In this document: in pieces, positions 38,113 through 52,260 of the stretch | Numbering within the stretch: the stretch's first letter is position 1 | How the letters are laid out: every line of letters starts with the position of its first letter | Origin: Squalus acanthias | Lineage: Eukaryota | Assembly: GCA_030390025.1 (NCBI GenBank) | Contig: CM059437.1 | Location: forward strand, 76,944,001 to 77,008,000 | Length of the DNA: 64,000 nt | Direction: 5' to 3' | Program-made: the position numbers and the translations under genes | Notes under the pieces: generated by a model | The model's input: the letters and a program-made list of their open reading frames with translations, nothing else | Told to the model about the DNA's origin: nothing | Databases searched by the model: none

Positions 38113-40312
38113 CGCACAGTCATTGTGGAAACGAAGTCCCATCTTCACACTGAGGACACCCTCCATCGTGTTATGTGGCACTACCACCGTGCTAAATGGG
38201 ATAGATTCAGAACAGATCTAGCAGCTCAAAACTAGGCATCCATGAGGCGCTGTGGGCCATCAGCAGCAGCAGAATTGTATTCCACCACAATCTGTAACCT
38301 CATGGCCCGGCATATCCCTCACTCTACCATTACCACCAAGCCAGAGGACCAACCCTGGTTCAACAACGAGTGTAGAAGAGCATGCCAGGAGCAGCACCAG
38401 GCATACCTAAAAATGAGGTGCCAACCTGGGGAAGCTGCAACACAGGACTACATGCATGCTAAAAAGCGGAAACAGCATGCTATAGACAGGGCTAAGCGAT
38501 CCCACAATCAACGGATCAGATCAAAGCTCTGCAGTCCTGTCACATCCAGTAGTGAATGGTGGTGGACCATTAAACAACTAACGGGAGGAGGAGGCTCCAA
38601 GAATATCCCCATCCTCAATGATGGTGGAGCCCAGCACGCAAGTGTAAAAGACAAGGCTGAAGCGTTTGCAACCAACTTCAGCCAGAAGTGCCGAGTGGAT
38701 GATCCATATCGGCCTACTCCGAGGTCCCCACCATCACTGATGCCAGTCTTCAGCCAATTTGATTCACTCCACGTGATATCAAGAAATGGCTGAGCGCACT
38801 GGATACAGCAAAGGCTATGGGCCCCGGCAACATCCCGGCTATCGTGCTGAAGACTTGTGCTCCAGAACTAGCCGCGCCGTTCCAGTACAGCTACAACACT
38901 GGCATCTATCCGACAATGTGGAAAACTGCCCAGGTACGTCCTGTCCACAAAAAGCAGGACAAATCCAACCCGGCCAATTACCGCCCCATCAGTCTACTCT
39001 CAATCATCAGCAAAGTGATGGAAGGTGTCAGCGACAGTGCTATCAAGTGGCACTTACTCACCAATAACCTGCTCACTGATGCCCAGTTTGGGTTCCGCCA
39101 AGACCACTCAGCTCCCGACCTCATTACAGCCTTGGTCCAAACATGGACAAAGGAGCTGAATTCCAGAGGTGAGGTGAGAGTGACTGCCCTTGACATCAAG
39201 GCAGCATTTGACCGAGTCTGGCATCAAGGAGCCCTAGTAAAACTGAAGTCAGTGGGAATCAGGGGGAAAATGCTCCACTGGCTGGAGTCATACCTAGCAC
39301 AAAAGAAGATGGTTGTGGTGGTTGAAGGTCAATCATCACAGCCCCAGGACATCGCTGCAGGAGTTCCTCAGGGCAGTCTCCTAGGCCCAACCATCTTCAG
39401 CTGCTTCATCAATGACCTTCCCTCCAACATAAGGTCAGAAATGAGGATGTTCACAACTCCACAGATAATGAAGCAGTCCATGCCCGCATGCAACAAGACC
39501 TGGACAACACTCAGGCTTGGGCTGATAAGTGGCAGGTAACATTCGCGCCACAGAAGTGCCAGGCAATGACTATCTCCAACAAACGAGAGTCTAACCACCT
39601 CCCTTGACATTCAATGGCATTACCATTGCCGAATCCCCCACTATCAACATCCTGGGGGTCACCAGAAACCAGAAACTTAACTGGACCAGCCACATAAATA
39701 CTGTGGCAACAAGAGCAGGTCAGAGGCTAGGTATTCTGTGGCGAGTGTCTCACCTCCTAACTCCCCAAAGCCTTTCCACCTTCTACAAGGCACAAGTAAG
39801 GAGTGTGATGGAATACTCTCCACTTGCCTGGATGAGTGCAGCTCCAACAACACTCAAGTAGCTCGACACCATCCAGGACACCATCCAGGACAAAGCAGCC
39901 CGCTTGATTGGCACCCCATCCACCACCTTAAACATTCTCTCCCTTCACCACCGGCGTACTGTGGCTACAGTGTGTACCATCTACAAGATGCACTGCAACA
40001 ACTCGCCAAGGCTTCTTCGGCAGCACCTCCCAAACCCGTGACCTCTACCACCTAGAAGGACAAGGGCAGTAGGCGCATGGGAACACCACCACCTCCAAGT
40101 TCCCCTCCAAGTCACACACCATCCTGACTTATCGTCGCTGGGTCAAAATCCTGGAACTCCCTCCCTAACAGCACTGTGGGAGTACCATCACCACACGGAC
40201 TGCAGCGGTTCAAGAAGGCGGCTCACCACCACCTTCCCAAGGGCAACTAGGGATGGGCAATAAATGCTGGCATTGCCAGCGACGCCCTGATCCCATAAAC
40301 GAATTAAAAAAA
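38113..40312 (+). mobile_element. 5'-truncated jockey/CR1-group LINE with degenerate RT
   Basis: NYRPISLLS, QFGFR, LDIKAAFDRVWH, GVPQGSLLGP; FADD segment missing near 39450; 3' end gggatgggcaataaatgctgg...(A)n. Confidence 0.9.
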
Positions 40313-40421
40313 GAACTCTCCTGAGGGCCTTGGCTGGAGTCTGAGCTGGTCGATATTGCTGCCCCTGTGACCAGCAAGCTGCACCAGAGGCCGTGACTGG
40401 TGCCCACAGATTGTCGGCACT

Positions 40422-40808
40422 ATTCGTTCATGGGATGTGGGCGTCGCCGGCAAGGCCAGCATTTATTGCCTGTCCCTAATTGCCCTTGAGAAGAACCACT
40501 GTTGTTTTAGTAGCGGTTTGGTACAACTGAGTGGCTTGCTAGGCCATTTCAGAGGGCAGTTAAGAGTCAACCACATTGCTGTGGGTCTGGAGTCACATAT
40601 AGGCCAGACCAGGTAAGGACGGCAGATTTCCTTCCCTAAAGGACATTAGTGAACCAGATGGGGTTTTTATGACAATCCAGTAGTTTCATGGTCACCATTA
40701 CTGATACTAGCTTTTTTCCATTCCAGATTTATTTAATTAACTGAATTTAAATTGCCCAGCTGCCACCTTATCATTAGTCCAGGCATCTGGATTACTCGTC
40801 CAGTAACA
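40422..40808 (-). mobile_element. tRNA SINE sharing its 3' tail with the 38113-40312 LINE; related copies at ~55315-55620 and ~60335-61430
   Basis: 40422-40494 resembles the reverse complement of the LINE tail (~40230-40304). Confidence 0.75.
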
Positions 40809-42962
40809 GCGTTCCAGTTCCTAATGAGGCCAATTTGCTGTGGTCCTGCCGCTGGCCTCATTAGGAGCGTGCAGCATGCACCACACCGGGACTGCTCCGG
40901 ATTCAGGTGTGATCCAGAGTCTCGCCCCATGTCTATGCTCATAAAGTCAATGTTGCCTAAAGCTTCAACGTGTTTTGGTTCCACCTCAGAAGACAGTTTG
41001 CACAGCCTTGTAAAAAAAATTGTGCGAGCATTAGCATCGGACAAGATTAAAAACTAATTTAAGCACCATGGGGACTTAACATTGATACATTTTCATGAAC
41101 CTGCTGATCAATGGGTGAGTCCTCGCTGGAAACTGTCCTTTGTCCAGCTATGTAAGACGTCACTAGGCAACTAGGTCCTCCTGCATTAGGTATAGTATAG
41201 AACAATCGTCACCAGTGATGCTAGATTTCCTTCAAAAGCAGCATTAAAAAGCTGGAAGAAGAAACATCTTACAAAGTATCCGTATCCCCTTATAAAAAGA
41301 AAGACTTGCATTTATATAGCACATTTTACAACCTCAGGAAGTCCCAAAGTGCTTTACAGCCAATGAAGTACTTTTTGAAGTGTAGTCACTGTTGTAATGT
41401 CGGAAACGCGGCAGCTAATTTGCGCAGAGCAACCCCCCACAAACAGCAATGACCAGATAATCAGTTTTAGTGATGTTGATTTAGGGATCAATATTGAAAC
41501 ATAGCACCATGGAGACTTAACGTTGAGCCTAATAAAAAGGCTCAGATTTTCCCATTGGCAGGCGGCAGTTTCTTTTTTGCCTGTGATTTCTCCCCCCTCC
41601 ACCCCTGCACCAATCTGTTTAACCAAATGAATGAAAGTAACTAATGACAACCATGCATTTTATCCATTACTGTCTCAATGTGTGTTTATAATAAAACAGA
41701 GGTATCGCATGTGGAGTCCTTTCACAGCTAAGACAGAATACTCTGATTGGCTCTTTTTTTTAACATGGGTCTCCTAGAATTTTTCTATTGTTAAAATTGT
41801 AAAAGGGATATGCCCAGCCACTGGCTTCTGTGGTAGAGTAGAAATTTACAGGATCAGCGGGAAAGGAGCAGGGGAGCAGTTAAAATGGAGCTATTCCGTT
41901 TCCTGCCGATCTGTGATTTTAATACCGCTGTTTTTTGGTGACCGCGTTAATAAATGTGAAATGGGATCCCATGACGTACGTGGGACCCCAATGGAATTTT
42001 AACCTGCTCCTGAGCAGACTGCCCACTGCGACCGCCCCATTGGATGAAGCTGTCAGGGAGCCAGTGAGGCCACTGAAGGTAACGTGAAAGAATTTTCCTA
42101 GGTGGGGCCCAGAGGAGTAGGAGGCCTCCTTTTGGGCCTCACAAGGAAAGTCTGGGCCTCTGCTGCCCCAGCAAAACCCCCCTCCTTCTGATGCTGGCTG
42201 GCGGCCTCCGGGTCGCCCGATCTTCGTCCTCCCCCCATCGGCCAGCTGCCACTTACTGCTGGGCACCGCCAAGCAGCAGACCGGTGCCATTCAGACGAGG
42301 TCCGACAGTTAAAGTCTTACAGGTTTCCGGTGCAAACCCCCACACAGGACTGCTGTCCGCTCCCACCGGGAGTTCAAATTGGCCCTTTTAGATGTCGGAT
42401 TGCTTCATTCATTCACCATTGCGTTCATCACATGCTCATCCCAAGGGGTCCCAGGCTGATGGCAATGAATTAGGAATAGGTTTGCGTGGGATGGTAATCA
42501 CTCGAAACTAGTCTGAAGCTGTTAGAATGTTGCCTGGATTATCCAAAGCTGTAGTCATACAGGCTTAAATCTCTCCTTAGCCATGGATCTAAATGTCATC
42601 CTAACTTTCTTTTGCTGCAACGGAGCGAGGAGTTTAATCAAATTGGCAGTGCTAACAACTTGTTTGACTCAGAAGCTCCTATAATTATGATTGTGGAGGT
42701 GTTTGGCATAATTCATAGTTAATTATTAATTACATGCACTCGAAAGAATATAAAGGTGACAAAATGCTGAGATGTTTTTTGTTTCTAAATCAGCCATTTG
42801 GGATTTGTTGTACTATTTTATAATGCTCAAGAATTAGATCCATTCTCATTCAATGTGGTCTACAGACCAGAAATTATATCAGAAGCCTGCTGTGTATTTG
42901 TAAAGTTCAGTACTTAGTTTTACTAAGAATGATTCAATAATTCGTTTTCCTTTTTTACACAG

Positions 42963-43027
42963 CTGATCCAAACACACTTTTCAGATCCAATTCCTTGGCT
43001 TCCAAGGCTATGGAACAGTTTATGAAG
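42963..43027 (+). CDS. RASAL1: RASAL1-like exon carrying the arginine finger (DPNTLFRSNSLASKAMEQFMK)
   Basis: Acceptor ttttttacacag|, donor |gtaagt; 65 nt, phase 1 to 0; not annotated in the ORF track; LFR-N-S RasGAP catalytic motif. Confidence 0.93.
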
Positions 43028-43599
43028 GTAAGTGGTTTCCCTTTGAATGTTTCCTTGTTGACCCTGCAAACCTGAGTCCATTTTGTACTGCTGCAGTGAC
43101 TGAAACAATGAGTGATTCAATTATTGAGTCCCAGACACTTGTGAAATTGTACTTTCTTGTATTATTATTGTCTGCACGGTACTAGTTTTTTTTAAATTAA
43201 AAAATCAGCATATTATTAGGGATCCTGGAGGTTAACTTCTCATCCCTAGTTCAATCCTAATCACTCTCAACTGGAAGGAATAACATGCTCTTTCCTTTCT
43301 TATTGTGAGATTGAATTACTGGCTAATCTAACACTGGAGGGAATTAATTTCCCTCAGTCTCAGATTGCTAATAGAGTCAGGAAAAGCAGTAGAACAAAGA
43401 TCACTAGTACATATTCCCTGATTCTTTGCTTAAGTGGAATCAGGTCCTTAAGCTTGCAGATAGAAAGGTAATCTAGGCTTTACTCAGGAAGATTCACCAC
43501 TGGCTCGCAGGAGCATGCAATATATATCACTATAGTCTTCACTTCTCTTTATCTGCAGTCCATAGAATGTAGGTGTACTGTTAATTTTTTTTTAGCAGA

Positions 43600-43960
43600 A
43601 CTCAAGGTGGATAAGTCATTTGGCCCTGATGGCATGCACCTGAGGGCTGTTGAAGGAAGACAGAGCGGAGATAGCAGAGGCTCTGACTACAACTTTTCAA
43701 TCCTTCTTGGATATTACAAATGCTGCTAGGGAATTGGAGGGTAGCCAGTGTAGCACCCTGTTTAAGAAGGGGATAAATTGAGTAGCTTCAGACCAATTAG
43801 TCTAACATCAGCTGTGGGCAACAAATAATTTGAGATCAAATTAGTGAGCACATAGAAATATATGGATTTATCCAGGATGGTCAGCATTGATTTGTTAAAA
43901 GCAATTTGTGTTTAACAAATTGAATGCATTTTTTTAAAGAGGTGACTGATTGGATAAAGG
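43600..43960 (+). mobile_element. Decayed CR1 RT fragment
   Basis: KVDKSFGPDGMH...PLFKKG...RPISLTS remnants. Confidence 0.7.
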
Positions 43961-44124
43961 GAATGCAGTATCATAGAATCTTGCAGCACAGAAGGAGGCC
44001 ATTCAGCCCATTGTGCCTGTGCTGGCTCTTTGAAAGAGCTATCCAATTAGTCCCACTCCCCTGCTCTTTCCCCATAGCCCTCCCAGTGTCCTGGCCAACA
44101 TTTATCTTTCAACCAACACTTCGC

Positions 44125-44849
44125 TGACAGCTGCCCGCAGACATTTCGCTGGCTTGTCAGAGGAGATTTCCTTTAATCCGTGTCTTTTCCAGCATGGTGC
44201 CCTCTACAGGGGATCTGTGGCATGTGTGAGCAGGAAAAGCGAAAGTGAGACTCTTCAACTAATCAGATTGAAGAATCCTCACTGAGACACGCAGAGTCCA
44301 AACCAGGAAGTATAAAGCAAGAAATATAACTTAGATTTAAATAATGTACAGAAAGAGAAATAAAGATTGGGAATACAGATGGGATTAGGGGAGAGAGATA
44401 AAAGAGATAGACAGAAAAAGTAACACATTTTTTAAATTAAAAAAAAAAATCTCCAACACTAATTTTCTTCTGAGGGAATGAGACTCCACACTTGTAAAAA
44501 TAATTTTTCAGGGCCAGAGAGATTTTTCAGCAGTAATTATCACTTATCACGCTGTTAAAAGCTCACTTACTCCTGAATGCTCCAGCCCTAATACTTTCAG
44601 CCATTTTTAGTGCGGAACTATTGGGCAAGTACAGCAAGTTCACACCGTTGCAGTCATTTCAATGCCGAGTCTATTCGCAAAGACTGCAACAGCGCATTGT
44701 GTGGAGAAGCAGGGCATCTCTGATAGTAACTTCTGGATTTCCGCGTTTAACTGCCCATGTGCGTGCTGCAGAAGTTGCTGTCAGATTTCCTCTATTATAA
44801 AGGTGAGCGCTATTAGCCTCACCGTTATTCTCATCGCAAATTCCAGGCC
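44125..44849. mobile_element. Related MITE-like copy, left end lost
   Basis: Ends cgcaaattccaggcc; shares ggaatgagactccacactt with the 12911 copy. Confidence 0.55.
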
Positions 44850-46666
44850 ATTAGCTTACAGGAGACATGTATGGATGTAATAGCTGCCGTGCAAAATCGA
44901 TAAATAGAGCGTATCCTGCTGCCGGAGGAAGAGCATCTCCATCTGTTCATCTTGATTTGGATTCATTGTGGGTGAAATTAGTCTGGGGAGGGGGATTAGC
45001 ACAAAACTGATGATAGTGAATTGGCAGCCCCTTTTACACGCTGTCTGATTTTATTTTCCAGTGACTTCAATGGAACAGAAAATTGGGTGGGGTATAAAAC
45101 GGGCTGCTGTTTATGTCCTATCTCCACCCCCACATGATATTTCAAAAGTGAATGTTTCTCACAAGCCGCAGAGATGGTTCAGAATATATTCCATGCTTTT
45201 TCCAGTGCCATAAACTTTTCAGAAGTGTAAATGAAGAATGGGATTTCACAGATATCTAATATTTTCAGGCCATAATGTTCCCCATGTGTGGTTAAAAAAA
45301 TAACCACTCTAATGTTACTGCAAAAACAGTTTTCAGTGTTCCTGTTATCTTGAGCAAATCTGGAGATTTCCCCTACCATGTCCTTGGATTACCATATAAG
45401 TGATAATATATTGACAGCAAAGAGTGCTGTAATTCTTGTCCTTAGGGATGATTGCGTAGCTAGGAAACATTCTTAGTGATATTCCGTCTCCTGACTTGGT
45501 GTAAAACAATCTTTAATATTTGTCTTTTGTCTCATTTTCATCTTGGGAAGCCACACTACTAGCTAGTTTGGGTTATTGATTTAAATTACTAATGGCTTCA
45601 TCGGTATAGATAACAGAATTTGCTTTGTCCAGAACAAGCTAATGGTGTATCCACTATTTTGTCTGGTAACATTTTAGATGGAGTGGAAACATACAGACAA
45701 AAATATATCTTTGTTTCTGGCTTAGCGTCCATTTTTGGTTTTGCTTACGCCTCTGTGAAGTGCTTTGGGACTTGTTTCTATGTTAAAGGTGCTATATAAA
45801 TAAAAGTTGTTGTTGGATAATGTGTTGAAATTAATTTTAACAGGTCAGTTGTTCATTGATTTAGGAGATGCTCTCCCAGCCACTGCATATCTTAATCAAA
45901 AGCATGAGTCATTTCTCTATTTTAACTGGGAAAGGCAGTAATGAGAATTTCGAGAATGGTTTTGAACCACCAACCACTCAGATTCAAAATAGGAGAGTGT
46001 AAAGTGTCACCAAAGTTCTGGCCATTGATTCCGTCAGGAAACTTACAATTGATCTCCTAATTTGTGGGATAAGACATGATAAGAGACATTGATACTGAGA
46101 GTGATACAAGAGGATGAATTTTGGACTCTCTGTTTATATATTTAAGACATTTCTTATGAAGGGTAGTTAGCCCATTATTTTTCATTCCATTTGGTTATAT
46201 TGTTCTGTTAGTATATGGCCAAATGTTTTGGGCTTCATATCTCTATCTTAATTATAAATAAGTATATTAGTCATTGCAGTATATCTGAGCTCCGTAGCTA
46301 CCAATATGAAATGAATATGATAGTGTATCAGGAAATTGTACCTAATCCTCTATAGAGTAAAGATAATTGATAAATTCTTGGATCATCCAATTCTGGAAGA
46401 GGAGATTACAACAAAAAATGTAGCTTCAGTTTTGTAGGGGACAAGGTCCACTGGCTGGAACCACTGTGCAACTGTTGAGAAAGAAAACTGTTATGGCAAT
46501 AACATTTTTTAAATAGAAAAACAAAGAAAATGAGGGTGTATTATTTTCTTCTATAGTAGGGAGAAGTCCTTACCTCAGAGTTCTCTTCCCCTTAAGTAAA
46601 TCGCCTACACATTACAAAATGTTTGTGCCGCACACTGATTTGGATATTGGTTCTCATTTCTTGCAG

Positions 46667-46779
46667 CTGGTTGGGATGCCATATTTACACGAGGTGCTGA
46701 GGCAAGTCATTAACCGCATTTTTGATGAAAAGAAATACATTGAACTGGATCCTTGTAAAATTGACCTTAACAAAACGAG
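46667..46779 (+). CDS. RASAL1: RASAL1-like exon (LVGMPYLHEVLRQVINRIFDEKKYIELDPCKIDLNKTR)
   Basis: Acceptor tttcttgcag|, donor |gtacga; 113 nt, phase 0 to 2. Confidence 0.92.
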
Positions 46780-48127
46780 GTACGACTCAGTTACACCTGT
46801 GTTCTTGCATGACTTACCTGCTCGTCTGCCTCCTGTTTTCTTGCTTTGATTTCCTTAATCATCAGCTTTTTGAAGAGCTTGAAGAAGCCTGGTTTTTGCC
46901 ATAAAATGTACAGAAAGCAAAAAAAACGACAGGTGCTGGGAAACGCTCAGCAGGTCAGACAACATTGTTTCGAGTGCAGACTTATTTTGGTCAAAATTGG
47001 AAGATGAACAGCATTTAAAAAGGAACGGACCAAAATTAAGGGCGGCACCAACATGCACACAAACACACGCATGCATGCACACACAGAAACATAGGAACAG
47101 GAGTAGGCCATTCAGCCCCTCGAGTTTGTTCCTCCATTTAATGAGATCATGGCTGATCTGTGACGTACTCCATATATCGCCTTTGCGCTATATCCCTTAA
47201 CAACGTTGGTTTACAAAAATCACACATGAGAAGAGAAATAGGAAAGCACTTGTGCAAAACAGGAGTAGGTTAGCTGGCAGGAGGGATATTGGTATGTGAT
47301 AATGGGAGGTATAATGATTAAAATCAAAGAATAGAAAACATATCTGAGACACAGGTTGCCAATCCTACCGGATTGTGCTGGATTCTCCAGCAATGAAAGA
47401 CTATTCTCCCAGGTACTGCTGCGAGCAACCCAGGAGAAAATAGGGAAGTAGAGTTGATGGGCAGCTCCAGCGCACCAATGGGAGGAGGCAGAGCTTTGGC
47501 AGGTGGACGTGAAGGACAGTGGGCATGGGGCGGGGTGGGGAGCGTTTCCTCTAGTGGGTTAGGCTGTGCTGGAGCCTGTGTCAGCACCTTAGCCAGAAGA
47601 ATTCCCAAGTAATAGCTGTTTGCATTTTGGCTGCAGTAGTAGCCACCTTGCGGTAAGATCTAACAATATATGAACTTGCCCAATGAGCGTAGAAGATTTT
47701 CCAGTTTGGAATATATTGCCTTTTTGCACTGATAGAAGTGGCCTTTGTGTGAAAATGCAGAGTGAAGTCAAGTAGAAGCAAAGCAATGGTGCGACATCAG
47801 GTATGTAATGTTGGCAGGGTACAACAGATTCCTATATCCTCTGCAGATCTTTCAATGAAAACAGTATTTACCCTTTAAACTGTCATTCATCACAAAACAT
47901 GTTGGGGGTAATTTTGACTTCGTGTGATAGTGTAAAACGGCCAAAATCGAATCAGCCACCCGTTATTCATCTCTCCCGATTTTCATTTCTATTAGTGAAG
48001 TCACCACAGTGAGTCTTATTTTCTTAATAATTTCTTTAATCAATTTTCTCTCTTCCCATCTTCTCTTGAAGACATTATTTATTGCGCCCAATGGGTGTTA
48101 GGTTGTCTGCTCATCATTCAATATTTA

Positions 48128-51030
48128 TATGTGAAATGCACGTAGCATTCGCAACAAGGTGGATGAATTAATGGCACTAATGGAAGTAAATGGGTATGAT
48201 GTAATTGCCATTACAGAGACACGGTTGCAGGGTAACCAAAGCTGGGAACTGAATGTTCCAGGGTACTCAACATTTAGGAAGGACAGACAAAAAGGAAAAG
48301 GAGGTGGCGTAGCGCTGTTAATAAGGGATGAGATCGGTACGGTAGAGATAAAAGATCTTGGCTTGGCAGATCGTGATGTAGAACTGGAATCAGTTTGGGT
48401 GGAGCTAAGAAACAGCAAAGGGCAGAAAACATTGGTGGGAGTTGTGTATAGGCCACCAAACAGTAATGGTAATGTAGGGCACAGTATCAATCAAGAGATT
48501 AGAAGTGCATGTAACAAGGGCAACTCGGTAGTCATGGGGAACTTTAATCTACATATTGACTGGGCAAATCAAATTACCACTAATGGTGTGGAGGACGAAT
48601 TCTTGGAATGCATGCGAGATGGTTTCCTGGATCAGTATGTGGAGGAACCAACCAGGGAACAGGCTAATTTGGATCTGGTACTGTGTAATGAGAAAGGGCT
48701 AATTAATAATCTTGTGGTAAAGGGGCCTTTAGGGACAAGTTACCATAATATGATTGAATTTTACATTAAGTTTGAGAGTGATGTAGTCCAATCTGAAACT
48801 AAGGTCTTCAATCTAAACAGGAAACTACAAGGGTATGAGGGACAAGTTGGCCATGGTAGATTGGGAGACTACACTAAAAGGTATGAAGGTGGACATACAA
48901 TGGCTAACATTCAAGGAAATAATGCATAATTTGCAACAAACATATATTCCTCTAAGGCATAAAAACCCAAAAGGAAAAGTGATCCAACCATGGCTAACAA
49001 AAGAAATTAAAGCTAGTATTAAGTCAAAGGAGGAAGCTTATAAAGTTGCCAGAAAAAGCGGTCAGCCTGAGGATTGGGATCTTTTTAGAAATCAGCAAAG
49101 GGGGACCAAGAAATTGATAAAGAAAGGGAAAATGGAATATGAGCACAAACTAGCGAAAAATATAAAAACGGATTGTAAAAGCTTCTATAGATATGTGAAA
49201 AGGAAAAGACTGGTGAAGGTAAATGTAGGTCCTTTACAGTCAGAGACGGGAGAATTTATAATGGGGAATGAGGAAATGGCAGAGAAATTAAATAAATACT
49301 TTGTTTCTTTCTTCACGGAGGAAGACACAAAAAACCTCCCAGAAATACGAGAAAACCAAGGGTGAGACGAGAATGAGGAACTTAAAGAAATTATTATTAG
49401 TAAAAAAACAGTACTAGCAAAATTAATGGGACTAAAAGTCGATAAATCCCAAGGACCGGATGACCTACATCCTAGGGTTTTGGAAGAGGTGGTCATTGGA
49501 ATAGTGGACGCATTGGTTGTCATCTTCCAAAATTCTATAGATTCTGGAATGGTTCCTGCAGATTGGAGGATAGCAAATATAACCCCGCTATTTAAGAAAG
49601 GAGGGAGAGAGAAAACGGGGAACTACAGACCTGTTAGCCTCACATCAATAGTTGGGAAAATGCTGGAATCTATTACAAAGGATGCAATAACTGGGCACTT
49701 AGAAACTAATAGTAAGATTGGACAGAGTCAACATGGATTTATGAAAGGGAAATCCTGTTTGACAAACCTATTGGAGTTCTTTGAGGATGTAACTAGTGGA
49801 GTAAACAAAGGGGAACCGGTAGATGTGGTGTATCTGGATTTTCAGAAGGCCTTCGATAAGGTCCCACACAAGAGGTTGGTGAACAAAATTAGGGCACATG
49901 GAATTGGGGGTAATATACTAGCATGGATTGAGAATTGGTTAACAGACAGAAAACAAAGAGTAGGGATAAATGGGTCATTTTCAGGATGGCAGGCTGTACT
50001 AGTGGGGTACTGCAAGGATCGGTGCTTGGGCCCCAGCTATTCACAATCTATATAAATGATTTGGATGAGGGGACTAAATGTAACATTCCCAATTTGCTGA
50101 TGATACAAAGCTAGGTGGCCGTGTCAGTTGCAAAGAGGATGTGAAGAGGCTTCAAGGGGATCTCGACAGGCTCAGTGAGTGGGCGAGAACATGGCAGATG
50201 GAATATAATGTGGATAAATGTGAAGTTATCTACTTTGGTAGAAAAAACAGAAAGGCAGAGTATTTCCTAAATGGTGAAAGATTGGGGAATGCAGATGCTC
50301 AAAGGGACCTGGGTGTCCTTGTACATGAGTCACTGAAAGTGAATGTGCAGGTGCAGCAAGCCATTAGGAAGGCAAATGGTATGCTGGCCTTCATTACAAG
50401 AGGATTTGAGTACAGGAGTAAAGAAGTCTTACTCCAATTATATAGGGCCTTGGTGAGACCACACCTGGAGTACTGTGTACAATTTTGGTCTCCTTACCTA
50501 AGGAAGGATATACTTGCCATAGAGGGAGTGCAACGAAGGTTCACGAGATTGATTCTTGGGATGGCGGGACTGTCGTATGAGAAGAGATTGAATAAACTAG
50601 GCCTGTATTCTCTTGAATTCAGAAGAATGAGAGGGGATCTCATTGAAGCATACAAAATTATTACAGGGCTTGATAGGATGGATGCTGGGAGAATGTTTCC
50701 CTTGGCTGGGGAGTCTAGAACCAGGGACCACAGCCTCAAGATAAAGGGTAGACCATTCATGACTGAGATGAGAAGAAATTTCTTCACACAGAGGGTGGTG
50801 AATCTTTGGAATTCTCTACCCCAGCGGGCTGTGGAGGCTCAGTCATTGGGTATATTCAAAACAGAAGTCGATAGATTTCTGACTAGTAAGGGCATCAAGG
50901 GATATGGCGATAGGGCCGGTGAATGGAATTGAGGCAGAAGATCAGCCATGATCTTATTGAATGGCGGAGCAGGCTTGAAGGGTCGAATGGCCTACTCCTG
51001 CTCCTATTTCTTATGTTCTTATCTTCTTAT
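48128..51030 (+). mobile_element. CR1 LINE ORF2 (APE endonuclease + RT) with stops and frameshifts, plus 3' UTR and microsatellite tail
   Basis: NARSIRNK, DVIAITET, VYRPP, NYRPVSLTS, YLDFQKAFDKVPH, LVRPHLEYCVQFW; tail ttcttatgttcttat. Confidence 0.95.
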
Positions 51031-51416
51031 TCCCGATACCCAGACCGCCCCTGCCAGTGAGCAGGCTTGGCTCCTGCTCTGATCATCACCAACCAGTTTC
51101 AACAAGGAGACCTAAATAGGCGTTGGGGCCCCTCATTTACATATATAAGCGGCCCAATGCCTATTTTGAAAAATGGGCATGACAAATTTAGCAATGCCCC
51201 AACGCACGTGCAGACTGGGCATGGGTCGTCCCACTGCTAAATTTGTCATTGTTGAGCACATTTTACGCCCAGAAAAATGGGCTTAACGCTGACCAATTTC
51301 TACTCCATTAACTCATGTTAAAACAGTGGGCAGACAAATGTCATGCAAATGCTCTAAACATCCATACGCTAAGATAGAAAACAGTAGTTTCTAGGCTACC
51401 ATGGTTAAAAGATTAG

Positions 51417-52260
51417 GGGCTGGATTTTGAATCTGGGGTCGGGTTGGTGTCGTGAATCACACATTCTGGCTTGTGAACCCGCCTCCATCGAGATGTGGCC
51501 AACCCACTGTATTTTCCCTTGATTGACCTTGTTGAGCCCGCCCAGTGGGCTCAGCAGGCCAATTAAGGGCCACCCGGCAACAGGTGACATCACAGATTGA
51601 CATTTCATCTGTCAAGAGCTTTTGACAGATGAAATATCAGCGTTTGACAGCTCTGTGAAGCTGTCAAATACTGACAATATGATTTCTAACTTCAGTCCTT
51701 CCTCTCAGGCTGAGTTAGAAATCATTCCACCACAGGAAACAGAAGGCTGCAGTTTTTGACAGAACCACGGCTTTCCTGCTTTCTGTGCCGGTGAGATTTC
51801 TAACTCCCGAGAACTGAAGGGCTGACACCTGCAGGAGGAAGTTAAGGTAAGTAAAACTTTTTCCCACACTTAGCACTTACCTTACACACTTACCTCTGCA
51901 CACATGCACCCATCACTCACCTGCCCACCAGACATATCGACCCCTCCAACCCCTGCAGACCCACGGTCCGCCCCGATAACTTGGCGTGGTTGGCACCTGT
52001 CGGGAAGCCCACATTTCTCCTTTTAAAATAGGGATTATGCAAAAAACTGCCTGTTAACTACCTGTTAACAGGCAGTTAATTGTCACTAATGCCTTCCCGC
52101 CTCGGGGAGTCGGGTCTCAGCACAGGTCGGGTACCCGCCGCCAGCGAAACTGGCATGGAGGCGGGTTGGAGGCGGGATGGGATCGGGACCCCCGAATCTG
52201 CAACTTTAACCCCCCCCCCACCTCCAAACCCGACTCTACAGGTCATTGAAAATCCAGCCC
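51417..52260. mobile_element. ~844-bp Harbinger-type MITE, copy 1
   Basis: TIR gggctggatttt...aaaatccagccc; 3-bp TSD TAG (51414-51416, 52261-52263). Confidence 0.85.

Noticed and set aside
40733..41280. 103-aa minus-strand ORF (SDANARTIFFTRLCKL...)
   Set aside because: No recognisable family and no credible start or splice structure; may be a decayed repeat
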